From: Ignicoccus islandicus DSM 13165
GTDB lineage: Archaea > Thermoproteota > Thermoprotei_A > Sulfolobales > Ignicoccaceae
Direction: 5' to 3'
NCBI RefSeq assembly: GCF_001481685.1
Contig: NZ_CP006867.1
Location: 1,320,001-1,352,000 of the forward strand
DNA: 32,000 bases
Shown here: piece by piece, positions 17,810 through 26,123 of the stretch
Position numbering within the stretch: position 1 is the first letter of the stretch
How the letters are laid out: each line of letters opens with the position of its first letter
Program-made: the position numbers and the translations under genes
Notes under the pieces: generated by a model
The model's database searches: none
What the model was told of the DNA's origin: nothing
The model's input: only the letters and a program-made list of their open reading frames with translations

Positions 17810-18779
17810 TCACGTCCACCTTTAATCCGCTCATTCTGATAGCATATATTACGTCCTTACACGTAGCTCTTAACCATCCAGCTACTTCAATTGCCGTTTT
17901 CAATGGATCTTCACCTTGCCTATATGCTTTTATCATCTCTTTCGCTATTCTCCACCTTTTCTCAGTACTACTCATAACTTCTATTATCGCTTTCTCTATG
18001 TTTCCTTGAAGCTCGAATCGAGCCCTTAACAACGCGTAAACTAATTTGTGAACTATTTGGGGAACTCCTATCGTACTTCCACGTAGAGTTATTTTCCTTC
18101 TCATGCATACTTTACAAGGAATCTTCGAGGTTAGACCTTTCCTAGGAATTTCCTTATCTACAATTCCACCGAAAATGAAGTATTTAGCTGACATCAGCTC
18201 CGTTATACTAAGTTCTCTTTCCGCGTTAGGATCAAGTAATATTACTCCATCTTCGTTCTCTATATCTTTTATAGATAGCAATTTAATGAAATTAGTTTTA
18301 ATATCAATGACCGAGTTTAGTGGCAAATCTATTAAGACGAAATGTTTGTCCCAAAGAAACGTTCTAACGGCATTGAGCGATTCCTTAACTTGCATCTTTA
18401 GTTTCCTCTGTTCGCGCGGCGTATGGAGGTCGAAAAACCCCATATATATGCCTACTCTCGGATACTCGGTAACTAATGGTTCAATATGGGTAACCTTAAT
18501 TTCACCATTTTCTTGATGAGTAGCATCGCTTGTTTCTGTACCTCCACGTAGAGCATACCAGACGCATTCTTCATCCACGCATCTCTTGAACCACCTTTTG
18601 CATTTGATTCCCTCTCCTAGTTTAATGGAAGAGCCTTTAAGTAGCATATGCACAGCAGTCTCTTGGAAGGGATCTCGAATAAATCGCTTATTCCTTACAT
18701 TATATTTACTGGCTAGAACATTTATACCTCTATCGGAAAGCACTTTAATGAGGGCTTCGCCGGGTCTGAGGTTTCCCAA
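17769..18779 (-). CDS. trm10: tRNA (purine-9 N1)-methyltransferase, Trm10/SPOUT family
   Basis: ...FLWDKHFVLIDLP..., VILLDPNAE..., YFIFGGIVDKEIPRKG..., and ITLRGSTIGVPQIVHKLVYALL follow the archaeal Trm10 pattern as I recall it from the Sulfolobus acidocaldarius enzyme. TTG start. There is a 41-nt overlap with pth2. Confidence 0.65.
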   Translation of the reverse strand: MGNLRPGEALIKVLSDRGINVLASKYNVRNKRFIRDPFQETAVHMLLKGSSIKLGEGIKCKRWFKRCVDEECVWYALRGGTETSDATHQENGEIKVTHIEPLVTEYPRVGIYMGFFDLHTPREQRKLKMQVKESLNAVRTFLWDKHFVLIDLPLNSVIDIKTNFIKLLSIKDIENEDGVILLDPNAERELSITELMSAKYFIFGGIVDKEIPRKGLTSKIPCKVCMRRKITLRGSTIGVPQIVHKLVYALLRARFELQGNIEKAIIEVMSSTEKRWRIAKEMIKAYRQGEDPLKTAIEVAGWLRATCKDVIYAIRMSGLKVDVNEIQAIYCSENGS

Positions 18780-18798
18780 GGCTCGCGAACCTCAATTG

Positions 18799-18851
18799 GG
18801 GATGTGGAAAAGCGTAAAGGCCTGATAGGTGAAGAGGCTGAGCTACGCTGA
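18799..18851 (+). ncRNA. candidate C/D-box sRNA
   Basis: GGGATGT (C, GAUG core) - 16 nt - CTGA (D', 18822-18825) - tag - GTGAAGA (C', 18829-18835) - 12 nt GGCTGAGCTACG - CTGA (D, 18848-18851). It is 53 nt long in a 74-bp intergenic gap, on the opposite strand to the flanking genes. The C and C' boxes are degenerate. Confidence 0.4.
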
Positions 18852-18853
18852 AC

Positions 18854-19903
18854 TCATATATATCCTTCTTTGAGCATTAGCTCGGCAGTAAGTAGGCTTA
18901 CGCCCGATGCTCCACGCAATAAGTTATGGCCGACCGCGACCATTCTAATTCTCCCGCTTTCCATAACCTCTATACGTCCCACAGTCACTGACATACCATT
19001 TCCATTATAGCGATCTAATCGAGGTTGTGGTCTATCTTCCTCTTCCCTTACTATTATAGGTGAAGGCGGAGCTGTAGGTAACGAAAGCTCTTGCGGTCTG
19101 GATCTGAATTCCACGAGAACGTCTTTAACGAGGTTAGCATCGACGCTCCTCTTGGGTTTAATATAGATGACTTCAGTATGTGAATCCAAAACTGGTACTC
19201 TAGTTGTAGTAGCCTCTATAGAGAATTTGGATGGCTTGATTTTTCCATTCTCTAGTTTCCCTAAAATCTTAACGCTCTCAACTTTCACTTTATATTCTTC
19301 TTTGGAAATATAGGGTATTATATTGTCTACTATCGAATATGCTGGAAGACCTGCGAATCCCGCACCGCTAATCGCTTGCATAGTTACAACGCTAATTTCC
19401 TCTATCCCGAACTCATCTAAGATAGGCTTTAGAGGTAGAGTTAACACGGCTGTGGTACAGTTTGGATTTTTAACGAGTTTCGCACCCCATCGCGTTTGAT
19501 ATTTCAAGAGTTCTAGATGTTCACTATTGACCTCAGGGTTCATAAGGGGAACGTCAGGTTCAAGTCTAAAGGGCGAGGCATTCGAAACGACTGGTATCCC
19601 TTTCTTGAGATACTTTAGCTCTATATCAGCTGCAACCTCACTAGGTAATGCGGAGAATATGAGATCCACCTTTTCCGTAAGTTGATCAGGATTACTTGCA
19701 TCGAAAACGACATAGTCCTTGAACTTCTCGGGGAAAGGTTTTGGTATAATCCACTTTACTACCTCTTTATATTTCTTACCAGCTGATCTCTTAGAAGCGC
19801 CTAGTGCAACCACTTCGAAATATGGATGGTTTTCGAGAAGACTCGCGAACCATTGACCGGCCATTCCAGTGGATCCTAGAACGGCGACTTTTACCTTATC
19901 CAT
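18854..19903 (-). CDS. asd: aspartate-semialdehyde dehydrogenase
   Basis: KVAVLGSTGMAGQ NAD(P) fold, the active-site NPNCTT, SGAG, and a C-terminal GHNLLRGASG. A Sulfolobales malonyl-CoA reductase paralogue is possible but less likely (see rejected). Confidence 0.8.
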   Translation of the reverse strand: MDKVKVAVLGSTGMAGQWFASLLENHPYFEVVALGASKRSAGKKYKEVVKWIIPKPFPEKFKDYVVFDASNPDQLTEKVDLIFSALPSEVAADIELKYLKKGIPVVSNASPFRLEPDVPLMNPEVNSEHLELLKYQTRWGAKLVKNPNCTTAVLTLPLKPILDEFGIEEISVVTMQAISGAGFAGLPAYSIVDNIIPYISKEEYKVKVESVKILGKLENGKIKPSKFSIEATTTRVPVLDSHTEVIYIKPKRSVDANLVKDVLVEFRSRPQELSLPTAPPSPIIVREEEDRPQPRLDRYNGNGMSVTVGRIEVMESGRIRMVAVGHNLLRGASGVSLLTAELMLKEGYI

Positions 19904-20186
19904 AATCTAAGACCCCATAGATCGCATAGCCTCGGAACCAATAACGTTTATTGAAAGTAATGAAATACAATAGTTAATATATCGTTTCGTGTACCGAAGG
20001 ACGGTGATCAGCATGGGGGGAAGGCAAAGGACCAGTCTGTTCATGGAAAGTGCGTCTGAGAGAAGTAAAGTAGAGAAGAGATTACAAAGCAAGAAAGGTA
20101 AAGGTTCTAAGAAGTAAACACGATATTTATAATTATACCCTTTAACTAATTTACTTTCTTATTACGGCCTACACGAGGTCTAAAGA

Positions 20187-21014
20187 TTGCCTAGATGTCC
20201 TTACAGGCAATTACATATCTCAATACCGAGCGATGCCCTGTCGACATACCCCTCATTAAGAGAAAAAACCTTAGTAGCTGGATTCATTGCACGAGCTATT
20301 GCAGCTTCGCGATCGGAAAGAGTTGCTATATATCATACGGCTTCAGATAACGGTTTAGATGTTCTAATCTCCATTCTGAAATATCTAGCTGAGCCTGTAT
20401 ACCTTAGGAAGAAACTCTTTCCGCTCAAACCAGAGCTTAAGTATGTGGGAATATTACCACCACTAAATATACCTAGTCTAAATGAAGGATTTAGGGATAA
20501 GGAAAGCTCAGCGCTCGTTAAAGTTGGATTAATTGTTGACTGTCGAAAGGGATCTAGAGCAATAATAGACATTGGAGAAGAAAAGGAAGTGGTAGTACAA
20601 TACGATAAATGCAGAAAAGGAAATACCGTTATGGTATTAATAAAGGAGAATGATGAGCTGGTCGTCCTCCCTAGGAAATATGGAATTTGGCATGGCACGT
20701 ATTGGGGCTATAAGGTTACAGTGTATAAAGATCTAAACAAACTTATCGATGAATACAGGAAAAAGAAGTTCAAGGTAATTGGAACCTCGAGATACGGTGA
20801 ATGGCCAGGGAGATTGAGAGAAATCATAAGACCAGACTCTAAGGTAATTATAATCTTCGGTTCACCCTCGGAAGGTTTATTAGAAAAAGTTGATGGAAAT
20901 GTGTTTGACGTTCTCGTAAACACGTTCCCTTGCCAAGGAGTTAAGTCAATTAGACTCGAAGAAGCGATTTGGAGTACGCTAGCTCTCTATTCTTCTCTTG
21001 AGTACGGATTATAG
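20187..21014 (+). CDS. SPOUT-superfamily putative RNA methyltransferase (DUF171/COG2106-like, with inserted OB-like domain)
   Basis: LHISIPSDAL...REKTLVAGFIARAIAASRSERVAIY at the N-terminus and VIGTSRYGE...IIIFGSPSEGL...NTFPCQGVKSIRLEEAIWSTLA at the C-terminus. TTG start. Confidence 0.6.
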   Translation: MPRCPYRQLHISIPSDALSTYPSLREKTLVAGFIARAIAASRSERVAIYHTASDNGLDVLISILKYLAEPVYLRKKLFPLKPELKYVGILPPLNIPSLNEGFRDKESSALVKVGLIVDCRKGSRAIIDIGEEKEVVVQYDKCRKGNTVMVLIKENDELVVLPRKYGIWHGTYWGYKVTVYKDLNKLIDEYRKKKFKVIGTSRYGEWPGRLREIIRPDSKVIIIFGSPSEGLLEKVDGNVFDVLVNTFPCQGVKSIRLEEAIWSTLALYSSLEYGL

Positions 21015-21023
21015 AGAACGATG

Positions 21024-21097
21024 TTGGACTAACTTTGGACAAGTTTTGGACAACCTTTGGATGATCTTTGTATAAAATATTGGATACCGATTTAGAC
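21024..21097 (+). repeat. array of seven direct TTTGGACAA-type iterons at helical (11-12 bp) phasing
   Basis: Core hexamers are TTGGAC at 21024, 21035 and 21046, TTGGAT at 21057, TTGTAT at 21068, TTGGAT at 21080 and TTAGAC at 21092. Spacings are 11, 11, 11, 11, 12 and 12 bp. Confidence 0.85.
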
Positions 21098-21290
21098 AAA
21101 CCCATACGATACTTTTCTCCCAGAACTCGTTTACCGGCTTAACTATTACATAAGAGTTTTGTATAATTTACTTTATCGAATCACTATAATGAAATGTTAA
21201 CTCGTGTAATATTTCTGAATACAACTTTCAACCTGTGAAATGTTATACAACGTACTGTACGACAATGAATACGAAAGAAATCTAAGTGAT

Positions 21291-21318
21291 GTTCAAGTCT
21301 TGTCCAAGACTTGTCCAA
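21291..21318 (-). repeat. three inverted-orientation copies of the same iteron at 11-bp phasing
   Basis: GTTCAA at 21291, GTCCAA at 21302 and GTCCAA at 21313 (reverse complement TTGGAC). They lie 22 bp from the stop of the 21340-22533 gene and face the 21024-21097 array across a ~190-bp AT-rich spacer. Confidence 0.7.
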
Positions 21319-21339
21319 AGTCAATATCTTTCGAATAAT

Positions 21340-22533
21340 TCAAAGGTATTTGAGCAATTCTATTAAACGTCTATCCGCGACCCTGTATTTACTTCTCCTC
21401 TTAGATTTCGTATTGGAAACCCTTTCTACGAGTCCCTTCTTTAAGAGAGGCTCCTTTAACCTATAGTGTATCGTGCTTTTCGCAACCTCGTAGCCTTGTT
21501 CCTTTAACCATTTAGTGACGTCGCTAGGCCCGGCCTCACCGAGAATAGCCAAAGCTTTCAAGATCATTCTATCCAACTCGTCTAATTCAAACAATATTGT
21601 AGTTTCCATAGCCCTTTCGGCCTCTCTAATTGCTAACTCAATGTGTTTCTTCGTCATTTCGCCTTCTTTGGCTGCATATGTTAGTGCTCTTTGTGCAACT
21701 TTAATCGTGTCTCTTAGGATAGGGAAATGACTCCATATTTCTTCAATCCATTCTTCTCTAAATGGATAAAATTTGTTATCAGGCTTGGAATATCCCTCTA
21801 ATCTCTTTAGGAATACGTGTTTTACTTCTTGGAAATTGTATCCGGGTATACGAATTTCTATAAACTTACTTACCACATGGGGATACTTCATTCTAAAGTT
21901 TTGTAAATGGTCCGGGAGAATTGTTATTATGAAAGTAGCTTTGTTTTGGCCTTGGAGGAGTTGATCAAACCAAAAAGCTAACTGTTCGAATGAGTCCGAG
22001 AAAGCAAATCCATCAATCATAAAGATTAATGGTATTGAAGTATTATCTATAACGAAGCTTAGCGCAGATTTCAACGTATCTAGATCAACCTTTCCAAATC
22101 TCTCGAATCTCGTGAGGACGTTCTCGACGACTTGTGAAAGATATTTGAATACCTTCTCATATTCTTGGTTAACTCCTACAAAGTATATCCAGCCTGGTTT
22201 CTTGAAACCCCTTTCCAAGCCTTTGAGCATGTTATATAAGAACTTCTGTAGATTCTCATCATATGTGGTCTTTACAACGATTGGTATGTTCTTCTTTACA
22301 GATGCTTCAAGTGGTGATTTCGGATATGGTAAATCTAACTCTCTTCTCCAATAGTTCAAGAAGGTTGATTTGCCTAAGCCATAACTTCCTACAACGAATA
22401 CTCTTCCGTTCCCTTTTTCCTTAATAATTCTTTCGAAAACCAATTTCTCGAATAAGTCGTCTGGTTCATATCTCTTTACGTAAAATCTTAACATTTCTCC
22501 ATCTAGGGGTGCAGGCTCAAACCGACGTATCAA
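21340..22533 (-). CDS. P-loop NTPase (archaeal ATPase/ORC-like AAA) with C-terminal winged-helix DNA-binding domain
   Basis: Walker A VFVVGSYGLGKSTFL, Walker B-like IPLIFMIDGFAF, and a C-terminal LDELDRMILKALAILGEAGPSDVTKWLKEQGYEVAKSTIHYRLKEPLLKKGLVERV (wHTH). Confidence 0.7.
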   Translation of the reverse strand: MIRRFEPAPLDGEMLRFYVKRYEPDDLFEKLVFERIIKEKGNGRVFVVGSYGLGKSTFLNYWRRELDLPYPKSPLEASVKKNIPIVVKTTYDENLQKFLYNMLKGLERGFKKPGWIYFVGVNQEYEKVFKYLSQVVENVLTRFERFGKVDLDTLKSALSFVIDNTSIPLIFMIDGFAFSDSFEQLAFWFDQLLQGQNKATFIITILPDHLQNFRMKYPHVVSKFIEIRIPGYNFQEVKHVFLKRLEGYSKPDNKFYPFREEWIEEIWSHFPILRDTIKVAQRALTYAAKEGEMTKKHIELAIREAERAMETTILFELDELDRMILKALAILGEAGPSDVTKWLKEQGYEVAKSTIHYRLKEPLLKKGLVERVSNTKSKRRSKYRVADRRLIELLKYL

Positions 22534-22570
22534 TTCGTAGAATTCGATAGTCCCCGTATAACAAATAGGT

Positions 22571-22730
22571 GTCTAAATGTAAAAACGAGGTAAGCGTAAT
22601 CTTTGGATAATTTGGACTATTCATTCCTGCAGGAATTTGGATACAACAATATTGCAGTACGACTGAAGTATTCGTACGAAAAACTGTTAGGATATTTGTA
22701 CAAGTATTATAAGTTGTCCAAACCTGCAGG
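22571..22730. promoter_or_regulatory. divergent promoter region carrying further TTTGGAYA motifs and a CCTGCAGG-containing inverted repeat
   Basis: GTCTAA at 22571, TTGGAT at 22603, TTGGAC at 22612, CCTGCAGG at 22626-22633, TTGGAT at 22637, hairpin GTACGA-n9-TCGTAC at 22657-22677, TTGTAC at 22696, GTCCAA at 22716, and CCTGCAGG at 22723-22730. CCTGCAGGaaTTTGGATA and the reverse complement CCTGCAGGTTTGGACAA form an inverted pair. Confidence 0.55.
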
Positions 22731-22784
22731 AAGAAGGATCGAAAATAATTTCGCGAGGAGGGGTTCAAGGGGTTGGACGTTTCA

Positions 22785-23387
22785 ATGAATAAAGAAGGGG
22801 TTGCTAAACCTAAGCTAATAACTAGAATATTAAGAGCGATCTACCCATTACATGACGACGTTGTCGCTAAGGCATTCATTAAGGCAGGCCTGTATCGAAA
22901 GGCACTAGAACTTCTACCTCCTTATTGGAAAAGAATAGTAGACTTGGGATGTGGAACTGGAAGGACGTTTGAAGTTGTGGAAGAAGGGAAAGTAGTAGTT
23001 GGTTTGGACTTAACCTTAGATTTTCTTAAAATAGCAAAAACTCGCCATCGACAAAAACCATTTGATTTGGTATATGGCACAGCTACCCACTTACCCTTCA
23101 GATCTAACTCATTTGATGGAGTTCTAACCTATACTATGATGCATCATTTAACATATGATGAGAAGCTAAGGACCCTTAGCGAGATAGCCCGTGTAAGCGA
23201 TACATACGTCTTCGGGGAAGTAGGAAAGAAGCTTTGTTGGAGTTCGATATTATTGAAAATGATTGGTTCGAAAGGTTTGATATCCAAGGACGTTTTCGAG
23301 AAAGTCGGATTGAGAATAGAAGTTTGGGAGGATCCGAAGTCATTTTGTCTAATAATAGGAAAAGCGAGCAGATTAAGAAAGGAATAA
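22785..23387 (+). CDS. class I SAM-dependent methyltransferase
   Basis: Motif I IVDLGCGTGRT, with post-I VVGLDL and FDGVL. I prefer the ATG at 22785 over the track TTG at 22773. Confidence 0.8.
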   Translation: MNKEGVAKPKLITRILRAIYPLHDDVVAKAFIKAGLYRKALELLPPYWKRIVDLGCGTGRTFEVVEEGKVVVGLDLTLDFLKIAKTRHRQKPFDLVYGTATHLPFRSNSFDGVLTYTMMHHLTYDEKLRTLSEIARVSDTYVFGEVGKKLCWSSILLKMIGSKGLISKDVFEKVGLRIEVWEDPKSFCLIIGKASRLRKE

Positions 23388-23408
23388 CCGCCCTAGAGTA
23401 ATGGGAGA

Positions 23409-24422
23409 TTGGGATTGAAAACGAAGATTCTAACCTCTCACTCAGGAGGCTATCCGAGGCCTCCAGAATGGCGTAAGAGCATTGATGCTTATCAAGCCGG
23501 AAAGATAGATTACAAGGCCCTTATGCGGAATTGGGAACTCCAAACGAGCTCAGTTATATTTGAACAAATGGAAGAGAACATAGACATTCTAACCTCTGGC
23601 AACTTGTTTTGGGATGATCTATTCAGACCGTTTGCCAAAGCATGGGATGGAATGGAGCTACCTGAAGTTGGTGGATATTACAGGTTTTACGAGCTCAACT
23701 TCTATTACAAAAGGGCAATAGTCAATGGAGAAATAAGACCGACTTATCCAGTCCTATATCACGAACAGAAGTTATTAAAAGAGCTAAATGGAAGATCTTC
23801 TAAAGTAGTAGTTCCAGGTCCATTGACTTTTGCGTTGCATGTCGAAAACAAGTACTATCCGAACATTAAATCTCTTTTAAGAGATATAACCTTAGCGCTC
23901 GCAACGGAGCTTGAGATGGTTAAGGACTTCGTGGACTATATTCAAGTGGATGAACCAGCATTAGTTGATCCAGAGGTTAACGACGAGTTAAAGGGCCTTG
24001 CGATTCATTTCATTAATGAATTATCAGCGTTGACTGACGAGAAGAAGATAATAGTTAAGACCTATTTCAAACCAGCAACGGACATTTACCATCTAATAGA
24101 AGATCTGGAGGTTAGCGGGATAGGTTTCGATGCTGTAAGTTGGAATTATGAAGATATGAAGGAAACAGTATCCGAATACGGATATCCTTTCGATGTCCTA
24201 GATCTCGGTATCGGGGATGCATTAAATGTAAGACTTGAACCAGTCGAAGAAACCGTAGGTAAAGTAATAGGATTAATGGATGAAATAAAGGTTAAGGAAC
24301 TACATATCTCTCATAACTATCGACTTGATCTGCTACCCTATTCGCATATTCGAAAGAAACTGAGGAGACTTAGCGAGATAGTCATTAATCTAAGAAGACG
24401 TATTCTTGAGGAGGTGGAGTAA
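23409..24422 (+). CDS. MetE-like protein, non-catalytic (N-terminal-half-like) subunit of split cobalamin-independent methionine synthase
   Basis: Same fold signature as the next gene (HSGGYPRP..., [10 protein letters not shown]) but without the His-x-Cys and Cys zinc ligands. It is immediately upstream of, and overlapping, the catalytic half. Confidence 0.65.
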   Translation: MGLKTKILTSHSGGYPRPPEWRKSIDAYQAGKIDYKALMRNWELQTSSVIFEQMEENIDILTSGNLFWDDLFRPFAKAWDGMELPEVGGYYRFYELNFYYKRAIVNGEIRPTYPVLYHEQKLLKELNGRSSKVVVPGPLTFALHVENKYYPNIKSLLRDITLALATELEMVKDFVDYIQVDEPALVDPEVNDELKGLAIHFINELSALTDEKKIIVKTYFKPATDIYHLIEDLEVSGIGFDAVSWNYEDMKETVSEYGYPFDVLDLGIGDALNVRLEPVEETVGKVIGLMDEIKVKELHISHNYRLDLLPYSHIRKKLRRLSEIVINLRRRILEEVE

Positions 24423-24423
24423 C

Positions 24424-25458
24424 GTGAGTAACGCATATAAAATACCCAAAGTACTACCGACCACTGTTGTCGGAAGCTATCCAAAGTTTCCCGAAGCTAA
24501 GAAAGCGTTAAAATTATATGAGAAAGGCGAAATAAGTGAGGAAGAATTCGAACAACTCATTAAGGAAGCGATAAGAAAGGCAGTTGAAGACCAGATTGAA
24601 GCAGGAATAGACATAATCTCTGATGGTGAGCAAAGAAGGGAAGATATGGAAGTTTACTTTGCAGAGCGTCTTGAGGGATTCGTGGTCGGAAACAATCCTG
24701 AAGATTGGGTTAGAATATTCGATAATGTACATTATAGGAAACCCATAGTAGTTGGTAAAATTGCTTGGAAAGGACCTATGACCTTAACCGATTGGAAATA
24801 TGCAACCGAATTCTCTCAAGGGAGACCCGTAAAGGCTATAATAACCGGGCCGTATACCATGGCTGACTGGGCCTTCGATAATTACTATGGCGACAAAAGG
24901 GAACTAATAATTGATTTGGCTAAAGCTCTACAGAAAGAGCTGAAAATTCTCTACGAAGCCGGAGCTAGATTCCTTCAAGTTGACGAACCGGCCTTATCAA
25001 CCCATCCCTACAAAGACGATATTGAAATAGCAAAGGAAGCGCTTTCCATAGTCTTTAGCGGAATGGAGGATGCTAAGAAAATAGTACATATATGCCATGG
25101 AAGAGTAGAGAAGTTATTCCCAGATATTCTAGATTATCCTGTTGATCAATTCGATTTAGAATTCGTAAATAACAACTTCAAATTACTTGAGGCAATAAAG
25201 GAATATGATTACGCATCTAGCGGAAAAGAGCTCGGGTACGGAGTAATAGACATTCACTCGAAAAAGGTCGAAACTAAGGATTTCATAAAGAACGCAATTT
25301 ATAGAGTACTTGAAATTATGCCACCAGAGAAGGTCTACGTCAAACCCGATTGCGGTTTAAAAATACTGGGTGATAGGGACATAGCCTTCAAGAAAATGAA
25401 GGTGATGGTAGAAGCTACAAAGGAGGTTAGAAAGGAACTCGGGTACGACGAAAGTTAA
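24424..25458 (+). CDS. metE: cobalamin-independent methionine synthase, catalytic (C-terminal-half-like) protein
   Basis: [35 protein letters not shown] (His/Cys Zn ligands) and VKPDCGLK (Cys ligand). GTG at 24424 is preceded by GAGGAGGTGGAG (SD-like), so I prefer it to the track start at 24406. Confidence 0.85.
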   Translation: MSNAYKIPKVLPTTVVGSYPKFPEAKKALKLYEKGEISEEEFEQLIKEAIRKAVEDQIEAGIDIISDGEQRREDMEVYFAERLEGFVVGNNPEDWVRIFDNVHYRKPIVVGKIAWKGPMTLTDWKYATEFSQGRPVKAIITGPYTMADWAFDNYYGDKRELIIDLAKALQKELKILYEAGARFLQVDEPALSTHPYKDDIEIAKEALSIVFSGMEDAKKIVHICHGRVEKLFPDILDYPVDQFDLEFVNNNFKLLEAIKEYDYASSGKELGYGVIDIHSKKVETKDFIKNAIYRVLEIMPPEKVYVKPDCGLKILGDRDIAFKKMKVMVEATKEVRKELGYDES

Positions 25459-26117
25459 GCTATTTTGCTCCCATATATCTCGAGTAGCTGACACTTGTCT
25501 TTCAACTTTTTCAATCTATCTGATAGCTCAGTTAATGAAGTAACCTCTATTTCGTTCTTGCCAAATCCCATTTGGACTCTAGTTAGATCCGGACATATGT
25601 CTCCCTTTAGTACTATGTTGCAAGCATCACCGCTCAATAAACCTTCTATGTAAATACAAGTATCTCTCGTAGTCATATAAAGGAAATCAGTAATCTTCTC
25701 TATAGACTTCTTAGCTGCGAAGTGAACGTATGATGGTTTGAAAGTTAACGACTTCCTTGAAGGGATCGGCATTGAGACCCTTGCTTCAGGGTTATCTCGT
25801 AAATCAACCTCTATTTTCTCCTCATCTAGTTGAATTATCTCAGCTACGCCTTCTACAGAGACCAAGGCCCTTTGAAAAATATCGACAGCTTCCGAACCGC
25901 GTAGCGTTCTTCCCTTATAGATTACCTCTAATCCTATTATGACGTTTCTTAGTATTTCAACGTATATTGTAATAGGACTTCCGTCAAGAACTCCATCAAC
26001 TGAAATCCTTCCTACGAAATTCTCCGAACTCAGTTCTTCAATTAAATCGAGTAAGCTGTACTCTTGAGGCGAAACTCTCTTGAACCCTATGGTCTTTCCA
26101 GAACTTATGAATGGCAT
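25455..26117 (-). CDS. hypothetical protein with DUF4388/PATAN-like N-terminal module
   Basis: [62 protein letters not shown] resembles the DUF4388 pattern (L.dLlq.l....tG.L.v......i.f..G.iv.A......G.eAl). It is the last gene of the four-gene minus operon. By-eye assignment. Confidence 0.5.
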   Translation of the reverse strand: MPFISSGKTIGFKRVSPQEYSLLDLIEELSSENFVGRISVDGVLDGSPITIYVEILRNVIIGLEVIYKGRTLRGSEAVDIFQRALVSVEGVAEIIQLDEEKIEVDLRDNPEARVSMPIPSRKSLTFKPSYVHFAAKKSIEKITDFLYMTTRDTCIYIEGLLSGDACNIVLKGDICPDLTRVQMGFGKNEIEVTSLTELSDRLKKLKDKCQLLEIYGSKIA

Positions 26118-26123
26118 CTAATT

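Noticed and set aside
18836-18853. Possible tRNA gene on the minus strand, because of the CGTAGCTCAGCC match
   Set aside because: The minus-strand context (GAGTTCAGCGTAGCTCAGCCTCTTCACCTATCAGG) lacks the closing GAGC of a D-stem, any T-arm GTTC(G/A)AATC, and an acceptor stem. The 12-mer is better explained as an antisense guide, or as chance.
18854-19903. Malonyl-CoA reductase (the 3-hydroxypropionate/4-hydroxybutyrate cycle paralogue of Asd in Sulfolobales) instead of Asd
   Set aside because: The active-site context NPNCTT and the overall pattern look like bona fide archaeal Asd. As I recall it, the reductase has TPLCTA. This cannot be excluded without a phylogeny, so the confidence is kept below 0.9.
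19907-20092. 61-aa minus-strand ORF upstream of asd
   Set aside because: It is low-complexity and leucine/serine-rich, with no motif, and it overlaps the more plausible plus-strand mini-ORF and promoter DNA.
21189-21227. C/D-box-like string ATGAAAT...CTGA in the iteron intergenic region
   Set aside because: The C-box core GAUG is absent, the spacing is about 19 nt, and there is no matching C'/D pair. It is not comparable in quality with the 18799 and 31614 candidates.
22517-22788. ORFs 22517-22768 (-) and 22603-22788 (+) lying in the divergent promoter region
   Set aside because: They overlap each other and the motif-rich regulatory DNA, have odd composition and no motifs. The region is better explained as non-coding operator or promoter sequence.
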